The translations under genes and the position numbers were made by a program. A stretch of DNA of 64,000 nt from Chiloscyllium plagiosum (lineage: Eukaryota), in NCBI RefSeq assembly GCF_004010195.1, contig NC_057728.1, positions 50,792,782-50,856,781 of the forward strand. Direction: 5' to 3'. Numbering within the stretch: the first letter of the stretch is position 1; each line of letters begins with the position of its first letter. The notes below the pieces were generated by a model. It made no database searches. It was not told where the DNA came from and saw only the letters and a program-made list of their open reading frames with translations. This document shows positions 27,950 through 40,390 of this stretch, piece by piece.

Positions 27950-28810
27950 CAGTGAAGGCTGTTTCCCATTAGACAGAACACAACCATATCTAAAAACACT
28001 TTCAACTGGGAACAAATGATCATTAGACATCAACAGAAACAGAAATGTTGGCCAGGGAACATCATTCCGCCATGGTCCCACACTAACATTTCTGTCACAG
28101 GCCTGCTGAAGTGTTCCACTGAGCCTCAGCGCAAGCTCAATAAACAATTTTCGGCTTGGTGACCGTGCAGCCTCTGGGTCTCAACATTGAGTTCAATACC
28201 TTTAGAGTCAGGATCCAGTCTTCCTTGATTTTTTTAATCAACCCCCACACCCTGGTTCTGTGATGATTTGGGTTTCTTTTAGCACAGTCACGCATTCCCA
28301 CATGCTCTGAGACCCGTTATCACATTGGTATGAGTTGCATTCAGTACAGCTAACCCATCTTTCCTACTCTTAGCTCTAATTATCACAATCCTGAAGAAGG
28401 GTTACACCCAAACATTGACTTCTCCATCTTCTGAGGCTGCCTGGCTTGCTGTGTTCTTCCAGCCTCCTGCTTGCTGACCTTATTATCAATTATTCAGCTT
28501 TTCTTCTGTCCTGGCCTGCTTTCCATTATCTCCTTATTTACTCACCCTTTTCATATATCTCTCTGTCTCACTGGGTTCCATCTCCACCCATCTATTCACC
28601 TCTCCCATTCACCACTCCCTAACTTCAGGTTCAGCATAAATACCACATTTTCCCAGTTGCTATCAGTTCTGATGAAGAGATACCAGACTTGAAACATGAA
28701 GTCTGCTTTCTTCCCACAGATGTTGCCAGACCTGCTGAGTTTCCCCAGCGATTTCTGTTTTTGTGTCAGATCTCCAACACCCGCAGTTCTTTGTTTTATC
28801 ATTAGACATT
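27950..28810 (+). mobile_element. Penelope-like element remnant: C-terminal ORF fragment plus degenerate hammerheads near 28386-28420 and 28665-28700
   Basis: About 28090-28200 encodes degenerate 'GLLKCSTEPQRKL...FRLG..QPLGLNIEFN', like PLE GIY-YIG C-termini. Followed by ctgaagaagggttacacccaaac and ctgatgaagag...gaaac. Confidence 0.6.
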
Positions 28811-29119
28811 AATCTATTCACGGTAAGAGGGAAAATCAGCAGTCTACACTATCACCTGAAATACAATGGTTATATTCTGCTGTGCTCCTCACACTCTGGG
28901 CAAGTTTTCTATCATCATTGAAGAGTCTGCTGGTGATGAAGTTGAGTCAATGTTGGCTCTTTCTACTCTTATCCTTAAAGGACGTTCAACACTTCAAATG
29001 TTGCTGTTCTTGTTCCTCAAGTACGTTGTTTCTCTTTCCACAGTTGCTATGAGACCTGCTGAGTATTCCCAGCATATTCTATTTTTACTCAGATTTCCAG
29101 TATCTGCAGTAATTTATGT

Positions 29120-31605
29120 ATAGAGTCAAAGAGTCATATAGCAGACCCTTCAGTCCAACCAGTCCATGCCAACCATAATCCCAAACTAAACCAGTCCCAC
29201 CTGTCCACACTTGGTCCATATCCCTCCAAACATTTTTTGTTCATGGACTTATCTAAACATTTTTTTAATGTTGTAACTGTATCCACATCCACAACATTCC
29301 ACACACAAACCACTCTCTGTGTTAAAAAATATTCCCCTCATGTCTTTTTAAATCTTTCTCCTCTCATCTTAAAAATATACCCCCTAGTCTTGAAATCCCC
29401 CACTGTAGGGAACTGACACCTGCCATTCATCTTATCTATACCGTTCATTATTTTATAAACATCCATTAGGTCATGTCTCGACCTCATACACTCCAGTGAA
29501 AAAGTTCCCAGCCCATCCAACCTCTCCTTATAACCCACGCCCTCGATTCCCAGCAACATCGTGGTAAATCTCTTCTGAACCCTCTCCAGCTTAATAATAT
29601 CCTTCCTATAAGAGGGAGAGCAGGACTGGACACAGTACTCCAGAAGAGGCTTCACCAACATCCTGTACAACCTCAATGTCCCAACTCCTCTACTCAAAGG
29701 CCTGAGCAATGAAGGCAAATGTGCCAAACACCTTCTTAACCATCCTGTCTACCTGTGATGCAAACTTCAAAGAATTATGTACCTGAAACCCTAAATCTCT
29801 CTGTTCTACAACACTGCCCAAGGCCCTACTTTTAATGGTGTAAGTCTTAGAGTCATAGAGCTCTACAGCACAGAAATAAACCCTTCAGTCTAAATCATCC
29901 ATGCTGACCAGATATCCTAAAAAAATCTAGTCCCATTTGCCAGCATTTGGCCCATATCCCTCTGATCCCTTCCTATTCATATACCCATCCAGATGCCTTT
30001 TAAATGTTGTAATTGTACCAGCCTCCACCACTTCCTCTGGCAGCCCACATGCACAACCTGCTGCAAGAGAAAGTTGCCACTTCATTCCCTTTTAAATCTT
30101 TCCCCTTTCACCCTAAACCTATGTCCTCTAGTTTTGGATTTCCCTCATCCTGGGAAAAACACCTTGTCTATTTACTCTATCCATGCCCCTCGATAAGACC
30201 ACCCCTCAAATTCCGACACTCTAGAGAAAACAGCTCCACCTATTCAGCCTCTCCCTATAGCTCAAACCCTCCAACCCTGGCAACATCCTTGTAAATCTTT
30301 TCTGAACCTTATCAAGTTTCCCAACATCCTTCTGATAGAAAGGAGACCAGAAATGCATGCAATATTCCAATAGTAGCCTAACCAATGTCCTGTACAGCAG
30401 GAACATGACCTCCCAACTCCGATACTCAATTCCAAATAAAGGCAAGCATACCAAATGCCTTCTTCACTATCCTGTCCACCTGTGACTCCATTTTCAAGGA
30501 AGTATGAACCAGCACTCTAAAGTCTCTTTCTTCAGCAACACTCACTAGGACCTAACCATTAAGTGTAGACGTCCTGCCCTGATTTGCCTTTCCAAAATGC
30601 AGCACCTTGCATTTATCTAAATTAAACTCCATCTACCACTCTTCGGCCCATTGGTCCATCTGATCAAAACCCCATTGTACCCTGAGGTAACCTTCTTCAT
30701 TGATTACTACACCTCCAATTTTGGTGTCATCTGTAAATTTACTAACTATACCTCTTATCTTCACATTCAAATCATTTCTCTAAATGAAGAAAAGCAGTGG
30801 ACCCAGCACTGATCCTTGTGGCACACCACTGGTCACAGGCCTCCAGTCTGAAAAGTAACCCTCCATCACTACCCTCAGCCTCCTACCTTCAAGCCAGTTC
30901 TGTTTCCAAATGGCTAGCTCTCCCTGTATTCCATTTGATCTGACAGTGCTAACCAGTTGACCATGAAGAACCTTGTTGAATACCTTACTGAAGTCCATAT
31001 AGATCAAGTCGACTGTACTTTGTTACTTCTTCAAAGAGCTCAATCAATTCCCCACGCACAAAGCCATGTTTACTATCCCTAATCAGTCCTTGCCTTTCCA
31101 AATACATGTAAACCTTGTCCCTCAGAATTCCCTCCAACAACTTGCCCACCAGTAATGTCAGTTCCCTGGCTTTCCTTACCACCTTTCTTAAATAGTGGCA
31201 CAACATTAGCCAACCTCCAGACTTTTGGTGCCTCATCTGTGACTATTTTCTTTGTTTGTTTTACCAAGATGCAATAGCTCACATTTATCCAAATTAAACT
31301 CCTTTTGCCATTCTTCAGCCTATTGACCCAATTAATCAGGATCCTTTTGTAATCTTGGATGATCGTGTTCATTTCCACTATACCAGTAATCTTGGTATCA
31401 TCTGCAAACTTACTAACCATGCTTTCTATATTCTCATCTAAATAATTTATAAAAATGGCAACAAAAGCGGATCCAGAACCAATCCCTGCAGAACACCACT
31501 GGTCACAGCCCTCCAGTCCGAAAAACAACTGTCCAACACAACTCTCTGTCTTCTGCCATTAAGCCAATTTTGTATCCAATTGGCAAGGTCATCCTGAATC
31601 CCATT
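29120..31605 (-). mobile_element. Nested CR1 LINEs: a young copy (~29848-31235) inside an older copy
   Basis: Minus-strand ORFs with [22 protein letters not shown] and KFADDTK; two separate 3' tails at ~29120 and ~29848. Confidence 0.88.
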
Positions 31606-31704
31606 CTTGGAAAAGTTACTTAAAGTCAGAAAATCTCAAAGGGAAACATGATCTGTTTAAAGTTGCAACTTTTGCATTTGGATTAATTCAATGTAAAATC
31701 CCAC

Positions 31705-32010
31705 ACCCACCCATTCTGCCCCCTTCCATTCTGCCCTCAAATTCTGATCCCTCCTTACACCCTGCCCCCTTCCATTCTACCCCCTCAGACCCTATCCCTC
31801 CATTCTGCCCATCAAACCATATCCCTTCCATTCTGCCCCCTCTGACCATGCCTCTTCCATTCTGCCCCATCAGAAAATGCCCCTTCCATTCTCCCCCCTC
31901 AGAACCTGCTCCCTTCCATTCTGCCCACTCAGATCCTGCCTCTTCCATTCTACCCCCTCAGAACCTGCTCCCTTCCATTCCGCCCACTCAGATCCTGCCT
32001 CTTCCATTCT
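31705..32010 (+). repeat. C-rich minisatellite (~29 bp unit, ttccattctgcccactcagatcctgcctc) running into the gap
   Basis: Visible tandem units that become more homogeneous toward the gap. Confidence 0.9.
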
Positions 32011-32382
32011 NNNNNNNNNNNNNNNNNNNNNNNNNNNNNNNNNNNNNNNNNNNNNNNNNNNNNNNNNNNNNNNNNNNNNNNNNNNNNNNNNNNNNNNNNN
32101 NNNNNNNNNNNNNNNNNNNNNNNNNNNNNNNNNNNNNNNNNNNNNNNNNNNNNNNNNNNNNNNNNNNNNNNNNNNNNNNNNNNNNNNNNNNNNNNNNNNN
32201 NNNNNNNNNNNNNNNNNNNNNNNNNNNNNNNNNNNNNNNNNNNNNNNNNNNNNNNNNNNNNNNNNNNNNNNNNNNNNNNNNNNNNNNNNNNNNNNNNNNN
32301 NNNNNNNNNNNNNNNNNNNNNNNNNNNNNNNNNNNNNNNNNNNNNNNNNNNNNNNNNNNNNNNNNNNNNNNNNNNNNNNNNN
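32011..32382. other. Assembly gap (N)
   Basis: Run of N. Confidence 1.
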
Positions 32383-33164
32383 GTCACTTCCTATTCTACC
32401 CCCTCACCCTATCACCAGGAGCCCATCCCCTAGCACACACTCCCCTCCCATCCAGCCCCATTGCACCCTGTTCCACTAATCCTGCCCTCCTCATACTCCA
32501 CCCTCACCAGCACTCTCAAACCCCGCATCCTCAGAGTCAGACTTTGCTCTCTCAAATATCTGTCCCCATCCTCCCTCTTACCACCCCCTTGACCCATTAT
32601 ACCTGCGAAACACACACTTGAAAGTGCTTTACTCATACCTACCCATTTGGGCCTTCTAAAGTTGCAGTTTGCAACATAGAGACTATTGAAAGCTGGACAT
32701 TCTACACACTTTTTTTAGTGGAAACTATGAAGACAATTTATGTGATGACTAATATTTTATATTCATTAACGTGGGTGTTTTTGACAAGGCTACCATTACT
32801 GAATGACTTGCTCGGCCATTTCAGTGTGCAGTTACAGAGTCAACCACAGTGCTGTAGATCTGGAGACATGTGTAAAAATAAGTAGGGACAGCAGATTTCC
32901 CTCCCTAAAACTCATTAATGATTTAGATTATTTTTAATGACATCTGGTAGTTCCATAGTCATTATTATTGATAATAGTAATTTTTAATTCTATTTTTAAT
33001 TTGTTTTATTAACTGGATTTTAATTCCTAAGCTACTGTTGTGAGATCATCTCAAGTCTCTGTGTCATTCATCTAACTGGTGCAGTAAGACTATTCCTGTG
33101 TTCTGCACCCCAGACTAATGACCTCGAACAAATAAAACTCTGCTAGTTAAGCCAGTTAATCACT

Positions 33165-33600
33165 AGAACTGGTTAGTGAAATCAAACTAATTAGCTATGT
33201 TGGGCTGGTTAGTGATACGGAGTTGGTTGGTGATGTTGATCTACTTAGTGATTGCAAACTGGTTAAGAGCATTGATGTGGTTAGCAATGTTGAGCTAGTT
33301 AGGAACTTCAGAATAATTTAATAGTGGGCTGGTTAGGGATGTGGCACTGGTTAAGGATATTGTGCTGGCAAGTGAAGTCAAGCTGGTTTGGGCTACTGGG
33401 CTGGCGAAAGTTGTTGGGCTAGTTAGTGACACCAGGCTGGTTAGGGACATGGTTAGTTATGTTGTGCTGGCTAGAGGCATCAGGCTGGTGAGGGATGTTG
33501 GACTGATTAAAGTTGTTGGGCTGGTTAGTGACACCAGGCTGGTTAGGGACATTGCGCTGATGAGGGATGTTGGCTGGTTAGGGATGTTGGATGGTTAGTA
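33165..33600 (+). repeat. Degenerate 18 bp-period minisatellite (gggctggttagggatgtt-like)
   Basis: Repeating (g)ctggttag(t/g)ga units; 'aagttgttgggct.gttagtgacaccaggctggttagggacat' occurs twice. Confidence 0.8.
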
Positions 33601-33903
33601 GTACAAGACTGATCACTGAAGAGAACACAATATTATTTTCTCAGCTGTCCCATTCCTGACAGTTTTCGCATTCTCCACTAAAGTTCAAAAAGGACCACCA
33701 TCTCCATTTCCGAATGGTTAATACTGACATGTTCCCCATGGAAATTACATTCACCTCTCCACTAGATTAAAATAATCAAGTTGCCCATGTTATGAAGCAG
33801 AAAATATGTGTATGAATTGATTTAATGGGTAACATTTATATATGTTGCACAATGATCATTTGAATGAGGTACTCCATCAATACAGGAAGAGATCAAAACT
33901 TAC

Positions 33904-34134
33904 CTCGTGGATGCCAAAATGAGCGTAGGAATCAAAGTAGTAATCTTTCGATGTCATCTCATCTGGTGTCAAATGTTTTGCCATTTTACCTCTCCCCAGG
34001 CAACTTGTCTGTACTGGTGTTTGTGATAAGATCTGCACTGGTATTTGTACCGTTGTCTGCATTGGTGTCTGTGTCTGCTGTGTTGTTTGAACTGGCTGCG
34101 TGACAGGCAGAGGCTCGGCTTGGTCACTGGAGAC
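33904..34134 (-). CDS. PRMT8: PRMT8 coding exon 2 (VSSDQAEPLP...SCLGRGKMAKHLTPDEMTSKDYYFDSYAHFGIHE)
   Basis: Acceptor ...aaacag|GTC, donor GAG|gtaag; 231 nt, phase 0. The C-terminal half matches the PRMT8 'SCPGRGKM...DYYFDSYAHFGIHE' segment. Confidence 0.93.
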
Positions 34135-35872
34135 CTGTTTCAGGGAAATAAGAAATACTCTGTAAGCTGGGTGAGCAATCCTCGCCACTGACCATCTCAC
34201 TGTCTGAGGCTGCCTGCACAATTGCTCACCATGGGCAAAGTTCACTGCCACCACACTCTGAGATTTACAGAGCTCATGTGGTCTGGTGTGGTTCAAGAAA
34301 ACAACTTGGTATTTTAACAAGAAAAGACTTATGTCTTGAACAAGAGGTAGTTTATTGCATGTTAGTAATCAGGCACGAGTTACACTGATATGAGAGATCT
34401 GGACAACAGGTCCTAAGCTGTTCTCCCACCAAGTCTATATGATAGCATCATAGTGGGGGATGTTTAAGCCACTCCTCAGTACTAACTCTTTCAGATATCT
34501 ACGTCCTTTCACACATAGATAACTATTAAAATTTCTAGTGTGTCCACAACTGGAATGATCACAACAGTAAATGAAACGGTGGGCCTTCCTGCATTAGGGC
34601 AAACAACTAATCATAATATTAGCCACTTATTAAGACAGTCTATACCCTCGAGTGTTGAAGGAAGTGGCTATTGAGGTAGTCAATGTATTGGTGATTATCT
34701 TCCAAAATCCTGGAATGATGCATGTAGGTTGGAAGGTAGGAAATGTTATCCCACTATTTAGGAAGGGAGCAAGTGAGATAACAGGGAACGACAAACCTGT
34801 AGGTTTTACATCAGTTGTGGGGAAATGCCAAAATCTATTTTAAAGGAGAGGATAAATAGATGTCTGGTTGGTTAGGATTTGCGAGGACATGGTCAGCATG
34901 GGTTTGCGAATGGGACATCGTGTTTGATGAGCTTGTGAGCATTTTGTTTAGACTATTACTGATAAATTTGATAAAGGAGCACTGATAGACATAGTACATA
35001 CTTAGACTTTCAAATGGCTTTCAATAAAATCCCTCACACGAGGCTGGTTAGAAAGATTAAAGCACATACGATAGTAAGTACTGTACTGGCATAGATAGAC
35101 AATTGGCCAACAGACAGAAAACAGAGAGTAAAAATAAATGGGCCGTTCTCATGTTGGCATTGTGACTAAGGGCTGTCCACAATTATATGTCAAAGGTTTT
35201 AAAGTTGGGAACATGGGCTGTGGTAGTGCAGTGGTAGTGTTCCTATCCCTGAGCCAGGAGGCCTGGATTCAGGTCCTACCTATCATAAGTCTCTTAACAA
35301 GTTCAATTAAAAGATAATTTTAGAGGAGATCTGAGATAATCTTTTTCGCCTAGATGGTAGTACATGTATGGAACATGCTGGCTGAGAGGGTGGTAGAGGC
35401 AGGTATGCTCCTAACATTTAAGAAGCATCTGGATGTGCCCTTGAAATGCCAGGGCATGGTAGACTGAGGCCCAAGTGCAGATTAATGAGATTAGTGTAGT
35501 TTGGTGTTTGTTGGTCAGCACAGACTTAGTGGGCTGAAGGGTCTGTTTCTATACAGTATGACTCGAAGACTCCAAAACACCTAGAGATGTGTAAGATTTC
35601 CAAATTTGTGGACGATACAAAGCTAAGTGGGAAGGTGAGATGTGAGAAAGGTGCAAAGCAGCTTTAGGAGGATCTGGACAGGCTTAATGAATAGGCAAGA
35701 ACATGGCAAAGGGAAGGTATTGGGCAAAAGAAATGAATGGTTCTTCACTTTGATAGGAGAAACGGATGTGCAGGGTATTTCTTAAATGGGATGAGGTTGT
35801 AAAGTGTAGACATACAAAGGGGCCTAGGTGTCCTTGCCAATAGGAATTGCAGGTTGACATGTAGGTGCAGTA

Positions 35873-36058
35873 TAAAAACTGAAAGAACTGTGGATGCTGT
35901 AAATCAGAAACAAAACAGAAATTGATGGAAAAGACTCAGCAGGTCTGGCAGCATCTGTGAAAAGAAATCAGCTTTGACCACTGCACCTGAAACTTTAATG
36001 TTGATATCTTTTCACAGATGCTGCCAGACTGTTGAGCTTTTCCAGCAACGTCTGTTTC
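35873..36058. mobile_element. PLE-derived mini fold-back insertion
   Basis: Inverted arms 'ctcagcaggtctggcagcatctgtgaaaaga' / 'tcttttcacagatgctgccagactgttgag'; 13 bp duplication tgt(a/g)ggtgcagta at 35860-35872 and 36059-36071. Confidence 0.7.
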
Positions 36059-36130
36059 TGTGGGTGCAGTAAGCTGTTAGGTTAGATTTCACCTGGAGCA
36101 CTGAGTGCAATTTTGGTCTCCTTATCGCAG

Positions 36131-36407
36131 TTCACTTGAGAATGTAACTTTTAAAAAAAGGTTTGCGATTTACATATGGAAGAACTGAAACCAACATGAT
36201 CATTCTAAACGATGAGAGACTTAACAAACAATCCAGGTCTTTTTTAGTATATAATTTCAGTTACATCACACTGTAAATTTATTTGATAAATTCCATGTCT
36301 TACAATCTTATACTCCACACCCACCTGATGAAGGAGCAGTGCTCTGAAAGCTAGTGCTTCCAAATAAACCTGTTGGACTATAACCTGGAGTTGTGCGATT
36401 TTTCACT
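36131..36407 (+). mobile_element. PLE family B single-arm insertion
   Basis: Homologous to 15610-15878; flanked by ttatcgcag and ttatctcag (36122-36130, 36408-36416). Confidence 0.8.
36322..36356 (+). ncRNA. Minimal hammerhead ribozyme motif (family B)
   Basis: CAC-CUGAUGA-A-GGAGC-AGU-GCUCU-GAAA-GC-UA^GUG. Confidence 0.7.
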
Positions 36408-36789
36408 TTATCTCAGGAAAGATATTATTGCCATAGAGGGAGTGCAATGATTCCCAGGATGGTGAGACTGTCCTATGGAGAGAGATTGGGAAAACCGGGC
36501 TTGTTTTCTCTGGAGTTTTGAAGAATGAGAGATCATCTCATTGAAACTTACAAAATTCTTCAAGGGACATACATACCAACAAAACTTTAAAACAAGGGGG
36601 CGCCACTTAGATCTGAGATGGGGAGAATGTTTTTTACATCTTTCGAATTATCCACCACAGGGGACTATGGAAGCTCATTCTCTGAGGATATTTAAGGTAG
36701 ATATCAATAGTTTTCTGAACACCAGTGACAGGCAAGATTATGGGGATGGGATGAATAAAAGCCATTGAAGTATTTGATCAGCCATGATT

Positions 36790-37088
36790 AGATTACATTC
36801 CCGACAGTATGGAAACAGGCCCGATGGCCCAACAACCCCACACCGACATTCTGAACAGTAACCCACCCTGACCCATTTCCCTACCCTGTATTTACCTAAC
36901 ACTACGGGCAATTTAGCACAGTCAATTCACCTAACCTGCACATCTTTGGATTGTGGGAGGAAACCGGAGCACCCAGAGGAAACCCATGCAGACACAGGGA
37001 GAATGTGCAAACTTCACACAGTCACCCAAGGTGGGACTTGGACCTGGGTCCCTGGTGCTGTGAGGCCACTGAGCCACCATGCCACCCA
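36790..37088 (-). mobile_element. HE1-type SINE
   Basis: Same family as 1-265. Confidence 0.85.
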
Positions 37089-38359
37089 TATTGATGGCTG
37101 AATGGCTGACACCTGTTCCTTCCTCCTTGCCAACCAATTAGCATTCTCTTTTCATCTGATGTAAAACGATCTTCTCCTTTATCCTGGTATTCTTGCAAAT
37201 TATCCTGACGGGTGCAAGATGAAAAACTTTGCGAAAATGTCTCTTTTTTGCATCAAGGCCTCCCAAGGAATTCCACAGGAGCTTATCAAACAAAATGTGA
37301 AACCAAGTCCCATTTGAGCAGGTAACAAAGTAACATCTTCAAGGAGCATCAAAAAGAGCTAGGAGGAAGGTAATGGAGAGAAATCCAGAGCTTAAGGCCA
37401 TGACTATCAAAGGCGGAAAACCAGCGGAGATCTTGCAGCGTTCCAAGTGCAGGGACAAGGATGTGGAGCTGTTTGTAAAGAATAAGGATTTTAAAATGGC
37501 AGCACGTCCGGACCAGAAAACACTGGAAGCAAAGGAGCTAAGTGGTGATGAATGAATGGGACTTGGTGTGAGTTTGGATATAGTTGGCAGTGTTTGGTTG
37601 AGTTAGGGTTTCTGGAGGAAGCTGGAAGTATGGCCACAACTGTGGGCTGCAATAGTCAAATCTGTATATAGCAATAACATGGACAGAGACTTCAGCCAGA
37701 GATAAAATGAGGCAGGGAAAGAGTCATCTGCATTTATGGGCAGGTAGCTTCCTTAAGGAGCATCGACTGCAATTACCATAAGTAACTGTATAGTAACTGA
37801 ACTTCAAGATGGAAAAGGTATGGAGTCAAAATGCCAACTCTGATCCAAACAGGAATCCAAGTGTGCAACCAACGTGGCGGGCTCAGCTGCCAGGGAGAGG
37901 GAGGACCCAATGACTGGGACAGAGATTTCATGATGACGGTGTAGATCTTCCCAATACTATTTGGAGGAAATGTTTGCCCATCAATTTGCCCAATGAATGC
38001 TGACAAAATTCCAAATACAGTGGAAGGGTCAAGTGAGGTATTGGTGAGATGGAGCTGGGTGTCACGTAAGAATTGTCATTATATTTTTGGATGAAAGAGA
38101 CCAAAAAGAAATCTTAGAAGGACACAAGAGCAGGAGGAGGAAGAGAAACCATTGTAGGTGATTTTCTGGATGAGGCTGGGATAGAATGGAAACTGGTCGA
38201 GGCAACAAGACCAGACTGATTACAATGTGCTGAAACAGCTTAATCTGTATTGTAAAAAAAAACCCAGGAATAAACATCATTTGATATTAAGACAAAACAA
38301 CATGTTAGCATGTCATTGTCAAAGTATTAGAGAATGAGGAGCTCTACATCAAGTGAGAG

Positions 38360-38685
38360 AAAGAGAGAAATCTGTATCGAGAGAGAGAGAGAGAGATATC
38401 CATCGAGGAAAAGAGAATGAGAGGGGGAATTGTATTGAGGGAGGGAGAGAGGGAACTGTATTGAGGGGAAGAGAGAGGGTACTGTATCAAGAGATAGAGA
38501 GGGAACGAACTGTATTGAGGAGGAGAGAAAGAGAGAGGGAACTGTATTGAGGAAGGGGGAGAGAGAGAGAGACAGACAGAGGGGACTCTGTATCAGGGGG
38601 AAAAGAGAGAGGGGAACTGTATCGAGGGAGAGGGAGCTAGGTACTGAAATAGAGGGGAATCTGTGTTGAGGGAGAGAGAGAGAGA
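38360..38685 (+). repeat. GA-rich tandem repeat (gagagagagggaactgtatcga-like units)
   Basis: Recurrent 'actgtat(c/t)gag' spaced by GA runs. Confidence 0.85.
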
Positions 38686-39504
38686 CCTTTGAACTGAAGG
38701 CAGGGATTTGGACAGATTATTAATCCAATCATCTGGCTTACTGTTCCTCTAACAGTGTCCATGCTATTACTGCACCTCCTCCCTCTCTCCCTTAATCTTC
38801 TCTGGTAATTACTCATGACAAGTACTTTCCTTAAGTTCATGCGCTCCACATCCACTGCTCTTTCCCCAGTCACCAGGACTGCAGCAGAGTATCTAGCCTG
38901 GAGAGTTAGCAGGGAGAGGGGTGGGTTCACAATCTGAAGGCACTCAACAGTAAGTCCAAGGATATAGGAAAACTTACTTTCCAGCTCTAGTAATCAATGG
39001 GCAATATTCAGATTGAAGTTTCTATTTTCGAATAGTCCATCTTGATGTGCCTTATATTTCCTGTTCTGAGTTAATCTGAATCACAAAGCAACCAGTATAA
39101 ATTCTGGAAATGGTACCCAACATCACTGGGCCTCTCAGTCATACTCATTTAATTGTATCCTGCATTTCCTCAATTAATCATACAAAAGGTCAGAACACAG
39201 GTCAAGTATAGGTGGGCATAGCCTTTTTACAACAGTAGCCTGGGAGAAATGTTTCTCTGTGCTGCAGCTTTTTTGTAGAACATCAGGATCTTCCACTGAG
39301 GAATAATAGAATGGCTTTAAACGCATTCATGACCAAAAGTATCCCAAAACCTTGGGGGTGGTCAGTAACAGACTCAGGGAGAGAGAGAGAGAGGAGGTGC
39401 AGTAATAGCATGGACACTGTTAGAGGAAAGTAAGTCAGATGATTGGATTAATAATCCGTTCAAATCCCTGCCTTCAGTACAAAGGTCTCTCTCTCTCTCT
39501 CTCT
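38672..39504. mobile_element. Non-coding element with ~125 bp terminal inverted repeats (MITE-like)
   Basis: 38672-38792 is the reverse complement of 39377-39504 with few mismatches; both ends terminate in (GA)n/(TC)n. Confidence 0.65.
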
Positions 39505-40083
39505 GTTGCTCGAGCTACACACATCCAGGAAAGTGGAGAATATTTCATCACACTCCTGACTTGGGCCTTTTAGATGATTGCCACATCTTTGAACCCCATG
39601 AAGGATCACATCGCTGAGCAGTCTGAATAATGTACTGTCAATGTAGGATTTGTGGATTCTGGTTATTAGCAACCTAACACCAAAGCATTTTATGAAATTT
39701 TGTCATATTGTCATAAAAACCTTCACTCTCTGGTGATGCAAATGCAGGGTATGGCCGACCACTCACTAATGACTTGTTATATTGAAGTTTTCCAATTTTC
39801 TTTTGTCACCAGCATTTATTGCCATCTCTGGTTGGACCTGAGGAACAACATGATGAGCTGCCTTCCTGAAATGCTGCAACATGTGGTGTGGGAATAAGGG
39901 AGGGAGTTCCAGGATTTTGGCCCAGCAACAGTGAAGGAACGGCAATATATATTCAAGACGGGATGGTGAGTGGCTTGGAAGGGAATGTGCAGGGGACATA
40001 TCTGCTGCCTTCTCCTTCTGAGGGACAGTTTCAAAGGTGCTATTGAAGGAGGCTGAGTAAGTTAAAGCATTGCATCTTGTACA

Positions 40084-40217
40084 GGTAAAAAAATTGGATG
40101 CAGATGTTGGAAACCAGATTCTAGATTAGAGTGGTGCTGGAAAAACACAGCAGTTCAGGCAGCATCCGAGGAGCAGGAAAATCGATGTTTCGGGCAAAAG
40201 CCCTTCATCAGAATCAT
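40084..40217 (-). mobile_element. Mini PLE family A insertion with a hammerhead motif at ~40180-40214
   Basis: Exact 16 bp TSD cattgcatcttgtaca at 40068-40083 and 40218-40233. Minus strand reads CUGAUGA-A-GGGC-UUUU-GCCC-GAAA-CA-UC. Confidence 0.82.
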
Positions 40218-40390
40218 CATTGCATCTTGTACACACTATTGCCACTGTATATTGGTGATGGATGTGGTGCCAATTAAGTGTGCTGCTTTTTCCTGGATGG
40301 TGCTGAGCATCTTGAGAGTTGCTAGAGCTACACGCATCCAGGAAAGTGGGGAGTATTTGATCACACTCCTGACTTGTGCTTTTTAGATGA

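Larger units (their letters stand above)
34620..36790 (+). mobile_element. Degenerate CR1 LINE with nested SINE, CR1 and PLE insertions
   Basis: 'WKVGNVIPLFRKG..GNDKPVGFTSVVGK', ttagactttcaa..gctttc (DFxKAF) and tttgtggacgatacaaag (FVDDTK). Confidence 0.8.

Noticed and set aside
31848..32621. Long Pro-rich ORFs
   Set aside because: Artifacts of a minisatellite plus the N gap.
33341..33598. Repetitive V/L/G-rich ORF
   Set aside because: Translation of an 18 bp-period minisatellite, antisense within an intron.
38360..38685. Regularly spaced repeats that could suggest a CRISPR array
   Set aside because: Vertebrate context, low-complexity GA spacers and no cas genes.
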